Positions 9,281 to 18,189 of a DNA stretch of 64,000 nt are shown here, in pieces. Position 1 is the stretch's first letter, and every line of letters starts with the position of its first letter. The notes under the pieces are model-generated. The model was not told where the DNA came from and made no database searches. It was given only the letters and a program-made list of their open reading frames with translations. Origin of the DNA: Bdellovibrionales bacterium Ga0074137 (GTDB lineage Bacteria; Bdellovibrionota; Bdellovibrionia; Bdellovibrionales; JAMPXM01); contig LNDT01000018.1 in NCBI GenBank assembly GCA_001464715.1, positions 19,625 to 83,624 of the forward strand. Reading direction: 5' to 3'. A program made the position numbers and the translations under genes.

Positions 9281-9712
9281 TCAATTCAGAGCCAGCGCGC
9301 TTTCATCGCTACTTCTAAGAGGAGCGAGGCTTGAAATGGATAAAATAGATTCGAATTCGCCGCGCTCTGAGGACAAGGCCATCTTGGAGCCCGGGATGAA
9401 CTGAATCTGATCGGCGACGATGTTTATTTGCGTCTGACTTCGGCCGTTCTCTTCGCGCACGTAGGTGGCAAGGTGGCCTTCAACGTAAAGGGGCGAGCCC
9501 TTTTCGCAGTAGGTCGAGCAGAGCTCGGCGTTCTTCCCCCAGATCATGACCTTGTGCCACTGGGTATCGCGCTTAGCATTTCCGTCGGCATCCTTGAAGC
9601 GCTTGTGGGTGGCGAGGCTTAGGCTCACGTAGGGTTTTCCACCCCGCGATGTTTTAAGCTCCGGCTGCTGGCCGATGACTCCCAAAATCATAACTCGATT
9701 GATTGAACCCAT
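9281..9712 (-). CDS. ssb: single-stranded DNA-binding protein
   Basis: OB-fold N-terminus INRVMILGVIGQQPELK ... TQWHKVMIWGKNAE ... LYVEGHL parallels E. coli SSB. The C-terminus lacks the usual acidic D-D-D-I-P-F tip. Confidence 0.9.
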   Translation of the reverse strand: MGSINRVMILGVIGQQPELKTSRGGKPYVSLSLATHKRFKDADGNAKRDTQWHKVMIWGKNAELCSTYCEKGSPLYVEGHLATYVREENGRSQTQINIVADQIQFIPGSKMALSSERGEFESILSISSLAPLRSSDESALALN

Positions 9713-9821
9713 AGAAAAGAACTCCCATCTTCCAAAGAAGAAAATCGGCGGCGGTGAATTCCGCGCCGAAGTGAGAGCTCAAGCGAAAACGGGACCGAAT
9801 TCGGTCCCGCTTCTGGAGACA

Positions 9822-12800
9822 TCAGAGAGCGATCGAGATGATGGGGTAGGCGCCGTTCGGATTGGCTCGTTTGTCGAAGCCCCAGTGGTAGCCCAGAATG
9901 AACTGAACCGGCAGATGATAAAACAGCGTCGTGTCGATGCGAGCTTCAGCGCCAATGGTGCCAAACATATTGCCGATGCCGCTCGAGCGATAGTTATCGA
10001 TCTCAAAGTCGAAGAACGCACCTTCGATCGTCACGAGATCGGCAAAGACGGCTCCATGCCAGCGTTTGATGAACGCAGGGTTGGTTCCGAATCCGTGATA
10101 CGAACTTGAAAGGGGAAATCGATGTTCGAGCGAGCCACGCACAAATTTTCGCGCAAGAAAAGTTCCCGAAGGATAGCCGCGCATGACGAAGCTTGTGCTT
10201 GAAGCGCCAAGTGCTACGGTTTCCACGGGAAGACTGACGCTGGAAGGACCCAAAAGCAGGCGATCGAGCCCGGGAAGCCAGCTAGCTGTCAGCGACGCAT
10301 TGAAGACGTGGCGCTCGGGAAGCCATCCGAAAAGTTTCGCTCCGAAAACATCAGGCGTCGATACTCGCGACAAATATGACGAGATCGAAACGTCCGTTTT
10401 GTCGTAAACAAGATTCCCCAGCTCCGGAAGAAAGCGTGCGTGCGTGAGTCGCCAGTGCCCGCCTTTTTCAGGAGAGATCTCAAAACCTTTTTGTTCAAGA
10501 TCTTGCCACAAAACTCCAACGCGCGGGCCACCGCGGATGCGGACGTCAGAACCGCCAGCGGTGAGGGGAATTTCCGTTCGCTGGTGACTGAGCCCAAGCT
10601 CACCTCGCCACGAATTGGACAGCGCGGGAATAAAAAACGTTCCCGAAAGATCGCCCGTCGACGAGCGTCGATCAAAACCCGACGATGAAAGTCGCTGCCA
10701 GAAATCATCGACCATCAACGTCGTGCGAACCCGTGTCGTCGCGTTTGAATAGGCCGCAAAAAAGTTCGGCTTACCGATACGCGTATCGGTGGAAATAGAC
10801 GTCGCCAAAAGATGGCGTCCCATCGGATCTCCTGACGACGTTGATGCCGACAAAAACGCACCGCCAGGAACAAAGGCCGCATAAGGCATCCAGTAGCGCG
10901 GAAGCAGGTAAGGCCAAACTGAAAAGTCCTCGCCCGCCAATGCTGATTCGGGAATCGCCGCATCGGGAACAATGTGCGGCGCTTCGGTCCGTTCAATCAA
11001 AAGCGGAATTTTGATCAGCCGATTTTCTCGCACCGTTTGGTTTTGTCCACGATCGCTGGCGGTCAGGCGACGAAGCCGCGAGCCATTGCCATCGAGTCGC
11101 GAGTAAATCAAAGTTTCGTTCGAGAGATCATAGTCGGCGCTCCATGCGCGCGTGACCGAGTTGGTAAGAGGACGAATATTTTCAAGAGCAAAGCTTCGCG
11201 AAGTTTCTTGACTCACGTCGCGCAAAAGATCGGCGATGTAAATATTCGAAACACCGGTTCTGTTCGAAGTGAAAAGCAAATTGCGGCGCCCGGTTCTCGC
11301 ATCCAAAACAAGGCGCGGAAACGTGACAGATCCGCCGCTGTTGACAAGGCGAGGCGCTGCGGCACTGGGGGCTATGACCGACGTGCCGGTTCGCAAATCG
11401 AGCACTTTCAAAACTTCTTTCGCATCGGGGCTTCGCTCGACAAAGACCAGTGTTCGGGGCCCCGTGAACGTCGGCCACGAGACACGGTGATCCTTTTCAG
11501 GCGCGTACAAAACGGCCGGAGGTCCAAGCTCCATTTTGCCCGAAGCGTTCGGTGCAAGATCGGCGATTGCAATGTGAGTTTGTCCGGGGCGCAGCTGTAC
11601 GAACGCGACTTTTTTTCCGTCAAGACTGACATCGGGTTCGCGCGCACGAAGTCCTTTTGAGAGGCGAATTTTCTTTTTGTCGCTCCGCCGGTAAAGCCAA
11701 AGATCGCTTCGCTCTTCATAGCGGCCAAAGCTGTCGATGCCGTCGTGGATCAATTCCTGGCCGCCGGGGAGCCAGGCAATCCGGTGCGCGCTTGTCGGTT
11801 CAGCGGCGCGTTTTGCGTTGGCGAAATCAAAACCACCGTCGAGCGAATCCGCGGCTCTCTCGACGATCATCACAACAGAATCGTGATTGTGCTCTCGTGT
11901 CAGGAACGCCAAAGCTTGTTTTTCAAAAGGAAGTGCATGCGTGATCACGGGCGCTCGCGAGAAAAATCCTGCCTCACCAAGTTTTGCTCCCTCAAGGCAG
12001 CCGTTCTCACAAAGCAGTTCAATCTGCCCAACCGCTCGCTGTTCGATCTCTGTGTAAGTGGACTCAAGATAGCTTTGCCAATTTTTCCCGGTCCGCTCTT
12101 CAAGAGGAGTGTCGATGAAAAATGGCATACGACGAGCGTAGTGATCGTTCAGATCACCAACGATCGAGGGGCTCTCTTTAATTAATTTTTGCCAGATGAA
12201 ACCACCAAGAAGATAAGGCCTCGCACCGCCAGGCCAATCAGGAATCGACGTTTCGCCAACGCGTGCGATATCTTCCTGACGCAAAATATTGTCTTGCACC
12301 ATCGCGCGTGGGATCGCTGTAAAATCTGGAGATCTGAGGCGCCCGCCCGAGGGTGAAAATCGCGTTTCAATTTCAACCGCCAATCCCTCGAGGTACCAGC
12401 GCGGAAGCAAGAGATTCGGTCGCACGATGGTTCCGAAAATATTGCGAAGTGTGTGGAAAATTCCGTGGGCTGGTTGAAAGTTCAGCACGTGAGCGTACTC
12501 GTGAGTCATCAGCTCGAGTCCCCAGGGCCCCGTGTCGCCAATGGTCTCTCCCGGCGAAGGTGAAGCGGGGTACAGGTGAATCTGTGGATAGGGAAGTCCG
12601 GTCGCCATCCCATTGGCTTCATCGCCACTATCATCGATCAGAACGACAGTTTTATCCGGCCAAGTTCGAAAAATAGGCACAAGCGTAGTCCATGCAGTCT
12701 CCGCGTGGCGAGCGAAGTCCTTTGCCAGCTGGTGATGCCTCGAGTCATACACGATCTCGAAATGTTCAGTTTCGATTTTTTTCCATTCGACGCTGGGATC

Positions 12801-12986
12801 TGCGCCGAAACTCTTCTGAGCTGCTGCAAAAAACAAAATCACAAAAAGAAACAGCGGGAGAATCGCTGTGAGCGGGCGTTTCCCGTGGCGTGCGATCTGT
12901 TTAAGATTTTTTTTCGCTAGGATATGCATCATTCTGTGCGGCCCTCTTAGAATATTAAGGCGTGGATGACTGCGGCACTCGCCCAT
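9822..12986 (-). CDS. large envelope protein: HExxH metallopeptidase-like N-domain, beta-propeller-like repeats, C-terminal beta-rich region
   Basis: Signal/TM LTAILPLFLFVILFFAAAQ. Zinc motif MTHEYAHVLN. Central repeats resembling TolB/PD40 propeller blades (DGKKVAFV, GRRNLLFTSNRTG). The C-terminal 300 aa have an alternating beta-strand pattern. The start could be Met19 (12932). Confidence 0.8.
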   Translation of the reverse strand: MGECRSHPRLNILRGPHRMMHILAKKNLKQIARHGKRPLTAILPLFLFVILFFAAAQKSFGADPSVEWKKIETEHFEIVYDSRHHQLAKDFARHAETAWTTLVPIFRTWPDKTVVLIDDSGDEANGMATGLPYPQIHLYPASPSPGETIGDTGPWGLELMTHEYAHVLNFQPAHGIFHTLRNIFGTIVRPNLLLPRWYLEGLAVEIETRFSPSGGRLRSPDFTAIPRAMVQDNILRQEDIARVGETSIPDWPGGARPYLLGGFIWQKLIKESPSIVGDLNDHYARRMPFFIDTPLEERTGKNWQSYLESTYTEIEQRAVGQIELLCENGCLEGAKLGEAGFFSRAPVITHALPFEKQALAFLTREHNHDSVVMIVERAADSLDGGFDFANAKRAAEPTSAHRIAWLPGGQELIHDGIDSFGRYEERSDLWLYRRSDKKKIRLSKGLRAREPDVSLDGKKVAFVQLRPGQTHIAIADLAPNASGKMELGPPAVLYAPEKDHRVSWPTFTGPRTLVFVERSPDAKEVLKVLDLRTGTSVIAPSAAAPRLVNSGGSVTFPRLVLDARTGRRNLLFTSNRTGVSNIYIADLLRDVSQETSRSFALENIRPLTNSVTRAWSADYDLSNETLIYSRLDGNGSRLRRLTASDRGQNQTVRENRLIKIPLLIERTEAPHIVPDAAIPESALAGEDFSVWPYLLPRYWMPYAAFVPGGAFLSASTSSGDPMGRHLLATSISTDTRIGKPNFFAAYSNATTRVRTTLMVDDFWQRLSSSGFDRRSSTGDLSGTFFIPALSNSWRGELGLSHQRTEIPLTAGGSDVRIRGGPRVGVLWQDLEQKGFEISPEKGGHWRLTHARFLPELGNLVYDKTDVSISSYLSRVSTPDVFGAKLFGWLPERHVFNASLTASWLPGLDRLLLGPSSVSLPVETVALGASSTSFVMRGYPSGTFLARKFVRGSLEHRFPLSSSYHGFGTNPAFIKRWHGAVFADLVTIEGAFFDFEIDNYRSSGIGNMFGTIGAEARIDTTLFYHLPVQFILGYHWGFDKRANPNGAYPIISIAL

Positions 12987-13047
12987 TGACCTTTGACAAA
13001 GCCCAAGCCCTTTTCAACAATGTTCACTCATGAAGGAGAACTACGCC

Positions 13048-13599
13048 ATGCAAAAAAATCTTGTTCTTTCGGTCGCCTCGTCTCGCAAATCTGTTTTCAT
13101 CGCAATGTGCTTGATGTTGGTTCTCACTGTCGCATCCTGCACGAAGCCAAAACGTGCCGATGGGGAAGGTGGAGCTGAAGGTGCTGGAATGAGCGAGTCC
13201 GCTTCGCCAATGCTCGCCGATAAAGATATCGGTCTCGATGCGCAAGGTTCCGATTCTGGAAACATCAGCGGCCTAGAGACGATTTTTTTCGATTATGATA
13301 AAGCCGCTCTGACATCAGCTGCAAAAGCAACGCTCCGGTCCAATGCCGACTGGATGAAAGCAAATGCAAAGCTCACGCTTCAGATCGAGGGTCACACGGA
13401 TTCTCGCGGTTCGACCGAGTACAATCTTTCGCTGGGTGAACGCCGCGCGAAGTCTGTTCGCACTTACCTCGAAGGCTTGGGCATCGAGAGCCGTCGCCTC
13501 ACGGTCCTCAGCTACGGCGAGGAAAAACCGTTGGCCCAGGGCGATTCGGAAACAGCGTATTCGAAAAACCGCCGTGCGAACTTTGTTCCGCTTCAGTAA
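13048..13599 (+). CDS. pal: peptidoglycan-associated lipoprotein Pal (OmpA family)
   Basis: AAGGAG precedes the ATG at 13048. Lipobox LTVASC. OmpA-like core IFFDYDKAAL ... IEGHTDSRGSTEYNLSLGERRA ... NRRANF. Confidence 0.9.
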   Translation: MQKNLVLSVASSRKSVFIAMCLMLVLTVASCTKPKRADGEGGAEGAGMSESASPMLADKDIGLDAQGSDSGNISGLETIFFDYDKAALTSAAKATLRSNADWMKANAKLTLQIEGHTDSRGSTEYNLSLGERRAKSVRTYLEGLGIESRRLTVLSYGEEKPLAQGDSETAYSKNRRANFVPLQ

Positions 13600-13900
13600 G
13601 AGTTTTTGTCTCTCGATTTTAGCCCTCACGTTCAGTGGGGGCTGCGTTTCTTTTATTCCTGTTGATGATTATACGATTGCTCGGGCTGCAATGGACGGTG
13701 CGCGTGAGTCCGAAGCTCCGAGGTTTGCTCCTGCGCTTTGGTATCGAGCCGAGCAGGCTTACCGAGAAGGCGAAACTTTTTTCCGTGAACGCGACTACGA
13801 AAATTCGGCCAAGCGTTTTGCACAGGCCCGCACTCTCGCCGAGCAGGCCGAGAATGCGGCGCGCCTCTCACGATTTGAATCTGGGGAACTCGCACCCTAA
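13574..13900 (+). CDS. DUF4398-like lipoprotein
   Basis: Lipobox LTFSGGC, followed by ARAAMDGARESEA ... WYRAEQAYREGE ... YENSAKRFAQARTLAEQAE. The tracked ORF start (13364) overlaps pal in another frame, so I chose the GTG at 13574 (TTG at 13583 is an alternative). Confidence 0.5.
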   Translation: MRTLFRFSKSFCLSILALTFSGGCVSFIPVDDYTIARAAMDGARESEAPRFAPALWYRAEQAYREGETFFRERDYENSAKRFAQARTLAEQAENAARLSRFESGELAP

Positions 13901-13921
13901 AGTGCGAAGGACGGGGTAACT

Positions 13922-14707
13922 ATGACCACTGCAAAGTTTCATGCGAAGACAAAAATACCTGTAACGAAATCTTCTCGTTGGTGGCGCACCCGCCGGTGGA
14001 GAGCGATCGCCGCGACAGCCTTTCTGCTGGCCGGATTAACCGGCTGTCTTGAGACCCGCACGGGTGCGAAAGAGCACGAAGAGAAGCAAGTTCTTCGAAA
14101 ACAGGTGACGACGCTGCAGCAGTCGACGGCCGACGTCTCTTCAAAATTTAGCGAGATCGACGATGAGCTGCGAAAGAACAGCGGTCGCACCGAAGCTCTT
14201 GATGCACGTATGACTCAGATCAAGGACCGCGCAGAAAAGAATGATTTTGCGCTTGAGAATAAACTTAAAGAGCAGGATGCGAAGTTTGTCGCATTTCGTG
14301 AAGAAATATCGAAGCTGCAAACAGAGCTGAACGAAGTTAAAGCGACGAATCAAGCGCTTCAAAATGCTATTCAGGCCGGTGCTTCGGGCGGGGGTGCGGC
14401 GAACAGTGGCTCTGCCGCCAGCACTGACAAAAATCCATTTGAACGAGGCGAAGCGAAGTTCGAAGCAAAGGCTTGGCGCGACGCTATTTTTGCCTACGAG
14501 GAATATCGAAAGGCTTACCCAAAAGGGAAAAGCTTCAACGCCGCGACCTACAAGATCGGTGTCTCTTTCCAAGAACTTGGAATGAACGAGGATGCGAAGC
14601 TTTTTTATGAAGAAGTCATTTCACGCGCTTCGAAATCAAAAGAGGCCGATCGCGCTCGCTCTCGTTTGAAGGCCCTAACGAAGTCGGCGACTTCGAAAAA
14701 GAAGTAG
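13922..14707 (+). CDS. cpoB: Tol-Pal system protein CpoB/YbgF-like (coiled coil + TPR)
   Basis: Signal/TM, a long coiled coil, and a C-terminal TPR-like AWRDAIFAYEEYRKAYPKGKSFNAATYKIGVSFQELGMNEDA. Located after pal. Confidence 0.7.
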   Translation: MTTAKFHAKTKIPVTKSSRWWRTRRWRAIAATAFLLAGLTGCLETRTGAKEHEEKQVLRKQVTTLQQSTADVSSKFSEIDDELRKNSGRTEALDARMTQIKDRAEKNDFALENKLKEQDAKFVAFREEISKLQTELNEVKATNQALQNAIQAGASGGGAANSGSAASTDKNPFERGEAKFEAKAWRDAIFAYEEYRKAYPKGKSFNAATYKIGVSFQELGMNEDAKLFYEEVISRASKSKEADRARSRLKALTKSATSKKK

Positions 14708-14709
14708 AA

Positions 14710-15816
14710 ATGATCCGGCGTGTACTCGCTGTCGAGACGAGTTGCGATGATACGTCGGTCGCTGTTGTTGAGGCCGATGGGCGTGTGCTCGCATGCCTTA
14801 TGGCCGGTCAAGATCTTCATCACGCAAGATTTGGCGGAATCGTTCCCGAAATAGCATCTCGAAATCACACCCATCATTTGCTTCCTCTGATCGAAGAAAC
14901 ACTGGCCCGTGCGGGAATGACTCTTGCGGATGTCGACGGTTTTGCAGTGACTTCAAGACCAGGCCTCATCGGTGCGCTGCTTGTTGGGTTGGTCACAGTA
15001 AAGACGTTAAGTCTAACAACTGGAAAACCATTTATTGGAGTCAATCATCTCGAAGGCCATCTCATGGCTCCGTTTCTTAAAGACGAAAACTACTCGGCAC
15101 CACAGGGCTTCGATTTTCCCTATGTGGCGTTGGCCGTCAGCGGAGGGCACACGACACTGTACCGAGTCGATGGATTTGGAAAGTACCGGATTTTAGGGCG
15201 CACTTTGGACGACGCCGCCGGCGAGGCGTTTGATAAATTCGCCAAACGTGCGGGCCTTGGTTTTCCGGGCGGTGCTCGCGTGGATCGACTCTCGACGGTC
15301 GGAGATTCGAAGAGATTTGATTTCCCAAGAGCTATGCTCCGGGATGAGCGAGACGATATGAGTTTTTCGGGTCTAAAGACTTCCGGCGCACGACTGATTG
15401 AAGAACTGATGCCGCACGACCGCGATGAATTGAAAAAACAAGCCGACGAGTTTTTGGCTCGTGGTTCGAAAGACCCTGTTCCGGGCCTGCTCGCGGATCT
15501 TTGTGCAAGTTTCCAGGAAGCCGTTGTCGATGTTCTCTGCGCCCGACTTTTTCGAGCGGCCTTAAGAGAAAACGTCTCGCGTGTTGTTCTAACAGGTGGG
15601 GTTGCGGCCAATTCTCGCCTTCGGGCTCGCGTCGAGACATGGAGTCGCCAGAATGCAATTATTCCCGCGATTCCTCCACTTCGATTTTGCACTGACAATG
15701 CGGCCATGATCGGATTTGCGGGTATTCAAAGACTGAACATGGGCGAGATTTCGCCGCAAGCCTTGCGCCCCGAACCCAAAGCCCCACTCGACAAAGAACG
15801 GACCGGTGGGGTTTGA
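14710..15816 (+). CDS. tsaD: tRNA N6-adenosine threonylcarbamoyltransferase TsaD
   Basis: VLAVETSCDDTSVAVV, GVNHLEGH, ALAVSGGHT, TGGVAANSRLR. Confidence 0.95.
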   Translation: MIRRVLAVETSCDDTSVAVVEADGRVLACLMAGQDLHHARFGGIVPEIASRNHTHHLLPLIEETLARAGMTLADVDGFAVTSRPGLIGALLVGLVTVKTLSLTTGKPFIGVNHLEGHLMAPFLKDENYSAPQGFDFPYVALAVSGGHTTLYRVDGFGKYRILGRTLDDAAGEAFDKFAKRAGLGFPGGARVDRLSTVGDSKRFDFPRAMLRDERDDMSFSGLKTSGARLIEELMPHDRDELKKQADEFLARGSKDPVPGLLADLCASFQEAVVDVLCARLFRAALRENVSRVVLTGGVAANSRLRARVETWSRQNAIIPAIPPLRFCTDNAAMIGFAGIQRLNMGEISPQALRPEPKAPLDKERTGGV

Positions 15817-16673
15817 GTCGGCGCGAGCGCCTTCTTGAAAAAATTCGAGCCACAGGGCAGGGGCCAAAAAGATCTCTTGGACAGAACTTTTTGATTTCAG
15901 ATCACGTGATTGATCGCATTTTAAGTCATGCGACGAACGAACCATGGCCGGCCTCGCTGATTGAAATCGGTCCCGGCCTCGGCGCGCTGACCGAGGGCCT
16001 CATTGAGTTTGCGAGTGCGAAAAAAATTTCTTTTCAAGTGATCGAACTCGACAGTGCGTTCTCTGCGAATTGGCGTGAAGCCGGACTTAAGGTTATTGAA
16101 ACCGATGCCCTTCAATTGAATTGGTCCGATTTGAATTTACCACCTGGAAGTCGCCTGGTTTCGAACCTTCCCTATCAAATTTCGTCGAGTCTTGTCATCG
16201 ATCGCTCGGTTGATCCGGCTGGGATTACTTCGATGATTCTGATGTTTCAAAAAGAAGTTGCTCGCCGGATTGCGGCTCGCGCTGGGACGGAAGACTTCGG
16301 CCTTTTGACAGTGATTGCGCAAAATGGGTGGACGGTCGATACCGTTTGCGATGCCAGTGGGCAGGACTTTTTTCCTCCGCCACGAGTCTCAAGCCGAGTT
16401 TTGAGGTTTCGCCGGCGCGCGGATGCGCCTGAAAAGAAGGAATTCGCAGATTTTTTGAAATTTGCGAAAATGGCGTACTCGCATCGAAGAAAGCTTTTGG
16501 CGAGCAATCTTTCCGGCCTCAATTGGTCACGTTCGATCGAAACCGCGATGTTGGCTCCGCTCGACCGTGGACGACTTGAAGAAGTTATTGAGGCGATGGG
16601 TTTTACCAAGACAGCCCGGGCCGAGGAGTTCTCACCCGAGCAGCTTCTTGAGCTGTCGCGGCGCCTGCGCTAA
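15813..16673 (+). CDS. rsmA: 16S rRNA (adenine1518/1519-N6)-dimethyltransferase RsmA/KsgA
   Basis: LGQNFLISDHVIDRI, EIGPGLGALT, SNLPYQISS. 4-nt overlap with tsaD. Confidence 0.9.
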   Translation: MSRRERLLEKIRATGQGPKRSLGQNFLISDHVIDRILSHATNEPWPASLIEIGPGLGALTEGLIEFASAKKISFQVIELDSAFSANWREAGLKVIETDALQLNWSDLNLPPGSRLVSNLPYQISSSLVIDRSVDPAGITSMILMFQKEVARRIAARAGTEDFGLLTVIAQNGWTVDTVCDASGQDFFPPPRVSSRVLRFRRRADAPEKKEFADFLKFAKMAYSHRRKLLASNLSGLNWSRSIETAMLAPLDRGRLEEVIEAMGFTKTARAEEFSPEQLLELSRRLR

Positions 16674-16682
16674 GACTGACCT

Positions 16683-17222
16683 ATGGCTGGCGATAAGACG
16701 TCCGGAAATAAATCAGGTCGAAACCCAAAAGCGGGCAGTGCCAAGGGCGGAAAGCCGCAGGACCTTCGCGTTCTTTTGGTCGCCGAAAATCGCAAGGCTC
16801 GTTTCGATTATATTATCGTCGATACGATTGAAGCCGGTGTCGCTCTTCGCGGAAGTGAAGTGAAGTCGCTTCGCGAAAATGGAATTCAGCTGAAAGACTC
16901 TTACGTCGTCATCAATAAAGGCGAAGCTTTTTTACAAGGAGCTCACATCGGTCCTTACCGCGCGTCGAGCTACCTCAATCACGAGCCCGAGCGACTGAGG
17001 AAGCTACTTTTGTCTTCGGCGCAGATCGACCGTTTGGACCGTTCGATGAGCGAGAAAGGTCTAACGTGCGTCCCGTTGAAATTGTATTTCAAAGGGCGGT
17101 GGGCCAAAATTGAGCTTGGGGTCGCCAAGGGAAAAAATTCTGGCGACAAGCGTGAATCGATGAAAAGCCGCGATGTCGATCGAGAGATTCGACAAGCCAA
17201 AGCCCCACGCACGAGAAAATGA
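16683..17222 (+). CDS. smpB: SsrA-binding protein SmpB
   Basis: ENRKARFDYIIVDTIEAGVALRGSEVKSLR ... LLLSSAQIDRL ... GLTCVPLKLYF. It has a basic N-terminal extension of about 27 aa. Confidence 0.9.
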   Translation: MAGDKTSGNKSGRNPKAGSAKGGKPQDLRVLLVAENRKARFDYIIVDTIEAGVALRGSEVKSLRENGIQLKDSYVVINKGEAFLQGAHIGPYRASSYLNHEPERLRKLLLSSAQIDRLDRSMSEKGLTCVPLKLYFKGRWAKIELGVAKGKNSGDKRESMKSRDVDREIRQAKAPRTRK

Positions 17223-17240
17223 TCGATAGGAGTCTTAAAA

Positions 17241-18176
17241 ATGCCGCAACGAAATGCTCTCATAATGGCCGCAATTTTACTGACGACCGCTCAACTTCTG
17301 ACGGGCTGTGCAACGTCTAAAAAATCTACGGACAATGAAGCTCCCTCGCCAATCCTTTTAGATGCCAAGGGTGACACGGTCGATGAGATTAGCCTTCGTG
17401 CCGACCGGTCGGAACTCGACAAACTTCGCGGCGAAGTTCCCGAAGAAGTAAAAAAACAAAATGACGAAATCGCAATGCTTATGTCGTTTGTCGTTCGAGA
17501 GTCCGAGGAGGATCCTGGGCGACTTCGCGACCGATTCAGTACAGCTCTTCGAAAAAAGCGAGAAGCTGTGAATAAGAAGGTTCGCACTGCCCGCGAGCAG
17601 TTTTCTCGAAAAGAAAAAGCGGACCGCGCGCAGTTTCTAAAAGAGAGTAAAGAGCAAAGAGACTCATTTGTTGGAGGGCGAAAGCGATCGTCCGACGACA
17701 GAAAAGATTTTTTTGCAGAACAAGACGACAAGCGCCGTTCGTTTTTTGCGGATCAACAAGAAAAACGAAAAGACTTCGAACTTCAGGTCCAAGACGAGCG
17801 TAAGTCTGTCGAAGACTCGATGAGAGAGGCGCAAAACACTTTCAATCAAGAGCTTCGTGCCTACCAAGTTCGGTACACCGAACGTCGCAAGCAGCAGGAT
17901 CTAAAGAAAAAGATGGAAGAAAAAGCCCGACGGCTTGAGCGAAACGGCCAACCGACTTCGCCCGTGACGCCGCGAGCGGACGCTTCTGGAGACGCCTCTC
18001 AGGGCGTTTCCGGTAATGTTTCTGGCTCTAGCTTTTCAAGTACGCCGTCGGCCGCGCCGAACTCTCCGGCGAAGGCATCGTCTCCGACGCTTTCTCCGAA
18101 AGATCCTTTGGCAGAATTCGAAAATATTCCGGCCGGGCCGGGAATCCCACTGGCGCCGGGTAAAACCGGCCCCTAA
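17241..18176 (+). CDS. lipoprotein, highly charged and low complexity
   Basis: AGGAG RBS. Lipobox LLTGCATS. Lys/Arg/Glu/Asp-rich middle and a Ser/Pro-rich tail. Confidence 0.6.
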   Translation: MPQRNALIMAAILLTTAQLLTGCATSKKSTDNEAPSPILLDAKGDTVDEISLRADRSELDKLRGEVPEEVKKQNDEIAMLMSFVVRESEEDPGRLRDRFSTALRKKREAVNKKVRTAREQFSRKEKADRAQFLKESKEQRDSFVGGRKRSSDDRKDFFAEQDDKRRSFFADQQEKRKDFELQVQDERKSVEDSMREAQNTFNQELRAYQVRYTERRKQQDLKKKMEEKARRLERNGQPTSPVTPRADASGDASQGVSGNVSGSSFSSTPSAAPNSPAKASSPTLSPKDPLAEFENIPAGPGIPLAPGKTGP

Positions 18177-18189
18177 TTATCTGCCTAAA

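Noticed and set aside
13364-13573. 5' extension of the DUF4398-like ORF
   Set aside because: It overlaps the well-supported pal gene in another frame. The lipoprotein signal (LTFSGGC) only begins after pal ends, so the start was moved to 13574.
15120-15707. 195-aa antisense ORF inside tsaD
   Set aside because: It lies opposite a strongly supported conserved gene. Its Arg/Ser/Ala-rich composition is typical of antisense frames.
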